From Methylocystis sp. (GTDB taxonomy: Bacteria; Pseudomonadota; Alphaproteobacteria; Rhizobiales; Beijerinckiaceae), in contig DATBRI010000085.1 of NCBI GenBank assembly GCA_036560365.1, positions 5,300 to 69,299 of the forward strand: a stretch of DNA of 64,000 bases. The letters are read 5' to 3'. The notes beneath the pieces are model-generated. The model did not search any database and was not told the origin of the DNA. It saw nothing but the letters and a program-made list of their open reading frames with translations. Below are positions 52,496-59,514 of the stretch, in pieces. The stretch's first letter is position 1, and each line of letters starts with the position of its first letter. The position numbers and the translations under genes are program-made.

Positions 52496-52915
52496 TTAAT
52501 TGCCGCCGCCAAAAAGGCGCACGCCAAACAGGACCCACATCGCGAGCAGCGTCGCCGCTCCGGCGGCGAAGAGCAAAAATCTTGCGCGCAGCTGATTCGA
52601 TGTCACGTGGACATAGGCATGGGCAAGACGCAGGATCACGAATTGCCACTCGAGAAATTTGAAGCCCGCAGGATGCGCGCCGGTTACGATGACGAGGCAG
52701 ACGAGCGCATAAAACAGGAGGGGAAGCTCAAATTGATTGTGATAGGCGCGATCAATCTGAGTGAGACGACGCGGCCATGCCGGCTGGCCTAGCGCAATAT
52801 CCGAAATTCTCACCTCCCGATTTCGGAGGCTCAAATAGCGCGAACCTCCCAACCAGAACAGCAATGTGAAGGTCAATGAGACAAGCACGAAAACGGGCGC
52901 CAGAAACCCCGCCAT
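52496..52915 (-). CDS. MAPEG family membrane protein
   Basis: Starts at 'MAGFLAPVFVLVSL' (M21 of the ORF). It has four helices, and 'RAYHNQFELPLLFYA' and 'RLAHAYVHV' fit MAPEG. Confidence 0.65.
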   Translation of the reverse strand: MAGFLAPVFVLVSLTFTLLFWLGGSRYLSLRNREVRISDIALGQPAWPRRLTQIDRAYHNQFELPLLFYALVCLVIVTGAHPAGFKFLEWQFVILRLAHAYVHVTSNQLRARFLLFAAGAATLLAMWVLFGVRLFGGGN

Positions 52916-53081
52916 GTCAACGCGTCCCTCCAGAATTGCACTGAAGCCAGCGTGAAGCCGACAGGTGCGCAGCAACTCTATCTGATCCGCTCCATCTCCA
53001 GCAAGAACAGGCGAGCATCGATGATCTACGTCGATGGTCAGCCAGGGCGCGTGGACGGGCGTGGCGGCGGCGGCCGCATGC

Positions 53082-53849
53082 CTAGTCCACGGGGAGGAGC
53101 GCCACGAGCTTGTAGGAGGGCGCCTCTGATGGCGTGTAGGAATGCTGCTCGAACAGTAGCTCCTGTTGCGCGTGGCGGAAGGCTCTCAGCCCTCCCTCAC
53201 GATACTGCACCCCCTGCTCGTCCCATGCTCTCGAAAAGAATTCGCTGTCACCTCGAAGGTCGTGCACAAATCGCTTGACCCGCTCGTCGCGAAACATGTG
53301 CCCATAATCCGCTCTAAACTCTGCGAGCAGTCGCCGGGCTCGGTCCTCCCAATTCGGTAGAAGATGGCGCGCGCTGCTTTCCTGAAAAACGAAGCGGAGC
53401 AGATTGCGTTGATGGTCTCCATCGAGCCAACCCCGAAAGAGCCACGCGGCTGCGTCGTTCCAGCAAACCGCGCTCCAGCAGCAGTCGAGGCCATAGGCCG
53501 GGTGTTCGAGAGCGCCAATTATGGCGCGCAGCGACGCAGGCGCCTCCTCTTGCGGTGGCGCAGCCGCCTCAGGATCCAGCCGTCCAGCGAGTTCGAACAA
53601 ATAGGAGCGCTCCGCCGGCGTCAGGGAGAGCGCTTGCGCGATACGAACGAGGGCCTCCGGCGAGGCCTGAACGGCGCGCCCCTGTTCAATCCAGGCGCAC
53701 CAGGTCACACTGATGCCGGCCTGCGCAGCCAGTTCCTCCCGCCGCAAGCCAGGCGTGCGCCGTCTTCCGCTAGCAACGTCAGGCCGCGCCCGCTCCCGAT
53801 GAGCGCGGATGAAGTTCCCTAGAAGTCGTCTTTCGTCCGCATCGAGCAT
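53082..53849 (-). CDS. MmyB-like XRE-family transcriptional regulator
   Basis: Starts at 'MLDADERRLLGNFIRAHRE' (M70 of the ORF). The HTH is 'LRREELAAQAGISVTWCAWIEQGR', followed by 'LTPAERSYLFELAG' and a ligand-binding-like C-terminal domain. Confidence 0.75.
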   Translation of the reverse strand: MLDADERRLLGNFIRAHRERARPDVASGRRRTPGLRREELAAQAGISVTWCAWIEQGRAVQASPEALVRIAQALSLTPAERSYLFELAGRLDPEAAAPPQEEAPASLRAIIGALEHPAYGLDCCWSAVCWNDAAAWLFRGWLDGDHQRNLLRFVFQESSARHLLPNWEDRARRLLAEFRADYGHMFRDERVKRFVHDLRGDSEFFSRAWDEQGVQYREGGLRAFRHAQQELLFEQHSYTPSEAPSYKLVALLPVD

Positions 53850-53935
53850 GGAAGTAAATATAATAGGATAATAATCATAATTGTAATCGTTTGTTATCGG
53901 CCACAACCTGCTCCAATAAGAAAAGGAGCCGATCG
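53850..53935. promoter_or_regulatory. AT-rich divergent promoter/operator region
   Basis: 86-bp intergenic region between the regulator and the methyltransferase. It holds TATAAT at 53859-53864, repeated ATAAT units ('ataataggataataatcataatt'), and an AAGGAG Shine-Dalgarno 7 nt before ATG 53936. Confidence 0.4.
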
Positions 53936-54706
53936 ATGAACAGACTCCACGAAACCGTGGTTGAAGCGCAGTTCGGACCCCGCGCCAGGGCCTATGTCGA
54001 GAGCGCCGTTCACGCCGACGGGGAAGACCTGAAAGCCCTCGAAGAGCTCGTCGCAACGGTCCGTCCCAAGAACGCCCTCGACCTTGGAGCCGGCGGCGGT
54101 CACGTCTCCTATCGCATGGCGCCCTTCGCGGGTCGGGTGTCTGCGGTCGACCTGTCGAGCGAAATGCTCGCCACGGTTTCGGCGACCGCGCGGGAAAGGC
54201 GCCTATCGAACATCACGACCCTGAGAGCCACGGTGGAGGCCTTGCCCTTCACCGACGGCGCCTTCGATTTTCTGGCATGCCGTTACTCAGCGCATCACTG
54301 GCGACACTTCGACGCCGGCCTACGCGAGGCCCGGCGCGTATTGAAAAAGCAAAGCCGAGCGGTGTTCATCGACGTCTGTGCGCCGGCATCGCCGCTCTTC
54401 GACACGCATCTGCAAACTGTCGAACTCCTCCGCGACGCCTCTCATGTACGAAACTACAGACTGGCCGAATGGGCCGCGGCCTTGTCAAACGCCGGCTTTG
54501 CGATCGACCGGCTTTGGACATCACGTTTGCGCATGGACTTTCCCATTTGGACGGCGCGGATGCGAACGCCAGTGGAAAATGTTCAGGCCATTCGCTCCGT
54601 GCAGCGCGCAGCCTCGGCGGCGACAAAAGCGCATTTTGAAATTGAGGCCGACGGCTCCTTCGTGATTGACGTGATGTTCGCCAGCGTGAAAGTAGAAGAG
54701 GGTTGA
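53936..54706 (+). CDS. class I SAM-dependent methyltransferase
   Basis: The ATG has a strong Shine-Dalgarno. Motif I is 'ALDLGAGGGHVSYRM', with 'VSAVDLSSEML' and 'FDFLACRYSAHHW'. Confidence 0.8.
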   Translation: MNRLHETVVEAQFGPRARAYVESAVHADGEDLKALEELVATVRPKNALDLGAGGGHVSYRMAPFAGRVSAVDLSSEMLATVSATARERRLSNITTLRATVEALPFTDGAFDFLACRYSAHHWRHFDAGLREARRVLKKQSRAVFIDVCAPASPLFDTHLQTVELLRDASHVRNYRLAEWAAALSNAGFAIDRLWTSRLRMDFPIWTARMRTPVENVQAIRSVQRAASAATKAHFEIEADGSFVIDVMFASVKVEEG

Positions 54707-54786
54707 CGCCGTCACCAAGTCTGAAATCGGGAAATGTCAGCCCTCACGCCGATAGAGCTTCTTCAAGAAACTCACGTGGGATTCTC

Positions 54787-55212
54787 ATGACCGAATATCT
54801 GGGAAAGTGCCCGTGCGGACAGGTCGAGTTGATCTTGTGCAGCGAGCTTGCGGCTGGAAACTTCAGACCGCGGTCGGACGCGCGAACCTGCGAGTTCTGT
54901 CGAGCGCATGACGGCGTGTGGATTTCGGACCCGAAAGGTTCGATCGGCTTTCGCGCCCGTGACCGCACGCGCGTCACGACCTTTGCTTCGGGGCGGGTCC
55001 AGTTCCATTTTTGCGCAGACTGCGGGGTGCTGGCCTATGCTTTGTTCGACGATCCGATTCAAAGAGTAAGGGTCGCCGTCGCACGCCTGGCGTTGTTCGA
55101 CGCGCTCGCGCAACAAAAGCTTCCTATGACCGAATTCTGCTTCGACGGAGAAACCCTCGAAGCGGCTCGGCGCCGACGTCTGTTGAGCTGGACGCCGATT
55201 CGCGGCCCCTGA
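54787..55212 (+). CDS. GFA/CENP-V family Cys-rich protein
   Basis: Starts at 'MTEYLGKCPCGQVE'. Cys clusters 'CPCG', 'CEFC' and 'FCADCG' are in GFA-like spacing. The family call is moderate. Confidence 0.6.
   Translation: MTEYLGKCPCGQVELILCSELAAGNFRPRSDARTCEFCRAHDGVWISDPKGSIGFRARDRTRVTTFASGRVQFHFCADCGVLAYALFDDPIQRVRVAVARLALFDALAQQKLPMTEFCFDGETLEAARRRRLLSWTPIRGP
54978..55204 (+). repeat. direct repeat copy 1 (3' part of the GFA-like gene)
   Basis: Aligns by eye, at roughly 85-90% identity, with 55729..55954 ('ccagttccatttttgcgca...gaagcggctcggcgccgacg.ctgttgag.tggacgccg.ttcgcg'). Confidence 0.8.
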
Positions 55213-55238
55213 ATGGCTCCATGCTTCATCAAAGCACT

Positions 55239-55664
55239 TTAGTTGACATTTAATCGAGGAACAAAAGTCGTCCCATTGGACGGCGTGTATAATATATGTT
55301 TGTACATATCGAGAAAGATATAATAGTCCATCGAATCCGCTATGATTAGCAGCGCAGCGCTGTGATCACCAAGATACACATCGTGGAGGTTTTTGAACGC
55401 TGATTTTAGCAGCGCATTCCAATATTTATCGATGCCATGTGTCATAATTATTGATTTTATTAGATCGCCAGAGCCCCCTGGAATGTAGCAGACCATGTAA
55501 CGATGGCCAGCTTCGAGCTTTAGTTCGGCTACATCCTCCTTACGGCTGACGTCTACTGTGTTAGGATACGCCATTAGAAGCTCTCCAATGTCGATTTGGA
55601 AAGCGTATAGAAAAAGGCCTGCAACCAACACCGCTGATACAAGAGTAGAAATCAGCATTCTCAT
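55239..55664 (-). CDS. low-GC orphan membrane-anchored protein
   Basis: 141-aa ORF in a segment of about 45% GC. The N-terminal helix is 'MLISTLVSAVLVAGLFLYAF'. No family recognised. It sits between the two repeat copies. Confidence 0.5.
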   Translation of the reverse strand: MRMLISTLVSAVLVAGLFLYAFQIDIGELLMAYPNTVDVSRKEDVAELKLEAGHRYMVCYIPGGSGDLIKSIIMTHGIDKYWNALLKSAFKNLHDVYLGDHSAALLIIADSMDYYIFLDMYKHILYTPSNGTTFVPRLNVN

Positions 55665-55728
55665 TTTCTACCATTCCGGCCCGACGCCGTCGGCCTCGCG
55701 GCTGAGTTCGATCGCAACGCAAACGGAA

Positions 55729-55954
55729 AACCTTCGCTTCAAGTTGCGGCCAGTTCCATTTTTGCGCAACTGTGAGGCGCTGGCCTACGCTTTATTCGAC
55801 GATTCCAGCCAAAGAGCAAAGGTCGCCGTCGCACGCATGGCGTTGTTCGACGCGCTCGCGCGACAAAAGCTTCCTGTGACTGAATTCCGCTTCGACGGAG
55901 AAATCCCCGAAGCGGCTCGGCGCCGACGACTGTTGAGGTGGACGCCGGTTCGCG
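55729..55954 (+). pseudogene. direct repeat copy 2: truncated 3' fragment of a GFA-like gene
   Basis: Encodes 'LAYALFDDSSQRAKVAVARMALFDALARQKLPVTEFRFDGEIPEAARRRRLLRWTPVR', paralogous to the C-terminus of 54787..55212. It lacks the N-terminal Cys clusters and a credible start. Confidence 0.7.
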
Positions 55955-56243
55955 CGTCGGCGCAGTCGAAAACTGCCCCGCAAAAGTGACCCTATCGGCC
56001 TGCCGCTTTCCAAAGCTTTGTCAAGGAAGCGCAGCGGGCTGATCCGCGCGTCGAATGACCGCATTGCGGCAGATGGCGGTCCTCAGTCAGGGTTAGCTGG
56101 ACTCCTTCCTCGACCCATAGGCGCGCCCGCTCGATCAGGCGTTTTTGTCCCGAGGATTTGCGTCGGCCGGACCTTTTCCCACGCTCCAACAGGGCTTTGT
56201 GAGCGCGGACGTCATGGCCATGTCAAATTAGGGGTCAGAATGG

Positions 56244-56867
56244 TTGCCGAGAATGGATGCGGCCGTGAAAACCGTTTCAGTCAAACTAACACAGCTGCGA
56301 CCGACCCAGATGGCGGTTGGATATGAGGAGGTCGGCGCCAAGCGCGCGAAATGGCGGGCCTTGTCGGCTGAAGCAAGACGCGGCTTTCTCGCATCTCACC
56401 CCTTCCCGGCGGTCTGCGGGCCCGGCGCGCAATATTTCCTGACTGACGGTCACCACATGGCTCTCGCGCTTCTTCAGGAGAGAGTCGAGTTGGTTTCAGT
56501 GCGTCAGATCGAAGACTTCTCCAACCTCGACGCGCATCAGTTCTTTTTGGCGCTGCGGAAACGCGGCTTGATCTGCTCGAGCGGCGCGCCGCAGACCCTT
56601 TCGGAGTTGCCGCATGCGCTCCAGGACTTGGCGGACGATCCCTTCCGGAGCCTCACAGCCCGCCTTCGCCGGGACTGCGGATGCCCGAAGGATCATGCGC
56701 CTTTCGCTGAATTTCGATGGGCCGATTTCCTACGCGCCCATCTCAAGCTCGGGTTACGTCGAAGCGATCCGGCCCTTGCGATCAAAGCAGCCAAAAGGCT
56801 GATTCGCCGCGCGTGGTGCAAAGACCCGTGCGCCGACTGCCGCTGCTCGGAAGAAGTGGCCTCATAG
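56244..56867 (+). CDS. ParB-like nuclease domain (ParBc_2-like) protein
   Basis: 207-aa ORF with 'LTQLRPTQMAVGYEEV' and 'YFLTDGHHMALAL', resembling the stand-alone ParB-like family. The start is uncertain (an alternative Met is 3 codons in). Confidence 0.55.
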   Translation: MPRMDAAVKTVSVKLTQLRPTQMAVGYEEVGAKRAKWRALSAEARRGFLASHPFPAVCGPGAQYFLTDGHHMALALLQERVELVSVRQIEDFSNLDAHQFFLALRKRGLICSSGAPQTLSELPHALQDLADDPFRSLTARLRRDCGCPKDHAPFAEFRWADFLRAHLKLGLRRSDPALAIKAAKRLIRRAWCKDPCADCRCSEEVAS

Positions 56868-56962
56868 CCGTGGACGGAAGATAAGGTCGATCAGGAGCGT
56901 TTGGGACGGGCGATGGCGAGCGTCAAAAAACACGCCCTCAGATCACCACCCGCTCCGCCGTT

Positions 56963-57466
56963 TTAAGCGCTCGCCTTCGGCTTGCGCCCGCGCTTTGCCG
57001 GGGCGGCCTTGTCGCGCGATTGACCGAGCCCCATGCTCTTCGCAAGGTCCGAGCGCCGCGCCGCATAGTTCGCCGCGACCATGGGATAGTCGGCGGGCAA
57101 GCCCCACTTGGCGCGATACTCCTCCGGCGTCATCCCGAGCGTTGCGAGATGCCGCTTGAGCGATTTGAACCGCTTTCCGTCATCCAGACAGATCAGATGG
57201 TCCGCGGTAACCGATTTGCGGATGGAGACCGCGGGCGTGGGTTGCTCGGCTGGCGTCGCTGGCGTCGCCGGCGCGCCCGTGGCGAGACGGCGCAACGTCG
57301 CATCCACGGACAAGATCAGAGCGGGAAGCTCCGATACGGGAAGCGAATTGCGAGAGACGAAGGCCGCCACGATTTCGGCGGCGAGCTCGGTCGTATTCGG
57401 CTGATCTGTATTTGATGTCACGGAAAGATCCTCGAAGCGGGGGCGCCCCTTCGAATACGCGGACAT
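56963..57466 (-). CDS. Ros/MucR family transcriptional regulator
   Basis: 167-aa ORF with '[65 protein letters not shown]', unmistakably the Ros/MucR DNA-binding domain. Confidence 0.85.
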   Translation of the reverse strand: MSAYSKGRPRFEDLSVTSNTDQPNTTELAAEIVAAFVSRNSLPVSELPALILSVDATLRRLATGAPATPATPAEQPTPAVSIRKSVTADHLICLDDGKRFKSLKRHLATLGMTPEEYRAKWGLPADYPMVAANYAARRSDLAKSMGLGQSRDKAAPAKRGRKPKASA

Positions 57467-57832
57467 CGGGTCCGCGTCGATAGGCGACCTTGTCCACGCG
57501 CCGCAAATACGGCAGCTCCAAACTCTGGGCGACGACGCCCTGTCGTGTCGTCGCTTGCTTACCCGACGTCCGCGCTAGGCTAAAGGGCGGGCGTCAAGCG
57601 AAGGTCGAGGCGCTTCCAGAGCCGCAGATTCGCAGCGCGGATCTCCAAATAAATGGAGCGCCGGCCTCAAGCCCGCTCCTAAACCCCAAAGAGCTAAAGG
57701 GCGCAGCAGCCTGTGCGCCCTCCATTAGGTTTGACTCTTGAGCGCCCGTCTGAACTGGCTAGTCAGGTCTCAAGTGCATCACCCGGAGGCGCTATGTCCT
57801 CGGGGTGTTTTGCACTGGCTAAAGCGAGATGA

Positions 57833-58051
57833 CTACCTGCGGTAGACCCTTCCAGTAGCCTGCCCGCCGGCTCGGCAACCGCCATATGGGCCACGGTGTC
57901 CGTACACGCCACATCCCCCATAAACTTTCTCGATCGGAGCCTGAACCGCAGCATTCAAAGAGGCCGCCGGCATGGCGTTCGAGGCCGAAGGGGCGAAAGC
58001 AAAACCAAGACCAAGCGTAGCCGCGGTGACCAGAATTCGGAAGTGTGCCAT
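57833..58051 (-). CDS. small secreted Gly/Cys-rich protein (GCG...CR-type motif)
   Basis: Starts at 'MAHFRILVTAATLGLGFAFAPSASNA' (M28 of the ORF). The mature part contains 'YGGCGVYGHRGPYGGCRAGG'. Confidence 0.5.
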   Translation of the reverse strand: MAHFRILVTAATLGLGFAFAPSASNAMPAASLNAAVQAPIEKVYGGCGVYGHRGPYGGCRAGGQATGRVYRR

Positions 58052-58121
58052 AAGTTCTCCTGCAGTTATCCGCGACACGCTATCTCCTAATTCGCAATTG
58101 CGCCACGCGTTTCGCGCGCGC

Positions 58122-59231
58122 TCAGCCGCCAAAGTACTTTTTTCGTAAACGGTCGATCAGGCCGGTCTCCCAGGCAAGCATCACCTGTTTCGAGAGCTTC
58201 ACGCGGATTGGGCTCCCGGCTCTCAGGGCGAATCCATACTTTTCGTGTTTTATGACCTTGCCTACTGGAACGATGGGTAAACCAGGGTGCTGATGTAGGT
58301 GATAAATCAGGGAAGGCTGGTCGCCTACAATCGCATCCACGCGATTTTCTGCTAGCGCCTTGACGAGATTGCCGAGGGTGTCGAAACCTCTGCCAGACAG
58401 GCCGGCCTTCGCAACATACATGTTGGCGACACTCCCTTTAAGTGTGCCAACAAGCCTGCCTTTGAGATCGGGTAAATCCTCGATCCTGTCCTTGTTTGCG
58501 ACCCATATGCGCCGCTCCAGAGTGTTCACAGTCATGACGCTGGTGATCGAGGACGTTATGTACGCGACAACGCCCGCGCCGACGACGAGCCAGATGCCTG
58601 CGATCATGGTCCCGTAAGTTCCGAACACCAGCTTGTGATTTGTTTTCCCCGACGTCAGAACCGAGAGGACGTGATAAAAGCTTTCGGAAAAGCCTTTCTT
58701 CCACTCTGTTGGAAACTCGGGGTCCACGCGCCTATCAAGCGCTGTCAGCAGAATAGAAGCGGTGATCACGCCGAGCCCCATCCATAGATACACTCTAAGA
58801 TGGCCGTTCTCCTCAAGCTGCTCGAAGAAACTGGAGACACCGGCCTGGGGCGCTTGATGGATCATAATCTGCAAGCCCGCATCGAACCAGGGCTGAGAAA
58901 AATCCATCCGCTCCATCCGCTCCGCGTTTATGGTCAACTCGGTGACCGCAACGTCGGATTTTCCGGTGGTTAACGAATCGAGAAGCTCTTGGAGGGTTGA
59001 TGCTTCCCGGTATTCGTATTCCAAGCCCATGCGTTTGGCGCTCTCCTCCCAAAGGTCGATCGCAAATCCAGTAAACCCCTGGGCGGTCTTCATGACGAAC
59101 GGAGGACTTTCCAAAACAACAACCTGCATCTTTTTTGCCGGAGGTGCGCTGGTTTCCGCGCATGCGGGCGTGGACGCAACGACGGCGAAGCAGGCGAAGA
59201 TCATGGACAGTAAGACGCTGATTTTGATCAT
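58122..59231 (-). CDS. prokaryotic ionotropic-glutamate-receptor-like protein (periplasmic binding domain split by a two-TM pore module)
   Basis: Starts at 'MIKISVLLSMIFACFAVVAS' (M61 of the ORF). Lobe 1 is 'VVVLESPPFVMK..GFAIDLWEE'. The inserted module is 'LRVYLWMGLGVITASILLTAL' - 'FSESFYHVLSVLTSGKT' - 'YGTMIAGIWLVVGAGVVAYITSSITSVMTV'. Lobe 2 is 'LKGRLVGTLKGSVA...DAIVGDQPSLIY...KYGFALRAGSP'. Confidence 0.7.
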   Translation of the reverse strand: MIKISVLLSMIFACFAVVASTPACAETSAPPAKKMQVVVLESPPFVMKTAQGFTGFAIDLWEESAKRMGLEYEYREASTLQELLDSLTTGKSDVAVTELTINAERMERMDFSQPWFDAGLQIMIHQAPQAGVSSFFEQLEENGHLRVYLWMGLGVITASILLTALDRRVDPEFPTEWKKGFSESFYHVLSVLTSGKTNHKLVFGTYGTMIAGIWLVVGAGVVAYITSSITSVMTVNTLERRIWVANKDRIEDLPDLKGRLVGTLKGSVANMYVAKAGLSGRGFDTLGNLVKALAENRVDAIVGDQPSLIYHLHQHPGLPIVPVGKVIKHEKYGFALRAGSPIRVKLSKQVMLAWETGLIDRLRKKYFGG

Positions 59232-59514
59232 CTGTTCCGGCCGGGAGGTTGCTCTCTTTAGCTTGAATGTCTCAAGCACGGTCGGCGATTTATAACGCGC
59301 CGGGGCGGTCTCGCCAAAGCCCACGCCCGAGGCGCTGCGTGGCTGCGCTCGGCAGAACGTGGCGATCTTCGAAAGCGACCGGAACACTCCTTTTTCGAGC
59401 TTCGCTCGCAATCGAAATGTTTGAGCGGGTCCTCATAAAGAAGTCAGTGAACTTTTTCGTCGCGGATGGCGGCGCTGCGCTTGCCGCGAGGCGCGATTCG
59501 CTCGGCGGGCGCCA

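Noticed and set aside
55558-55989. 143-aa plus-strand ORF spanning the low-GC insert and the distal repeat
   Set aside because: It is a chimeric read-through. Only its C-terminal third is coding-like (the duplicated GFA 3' fragment), and its N-terminal part is antisense to the orphan gene.
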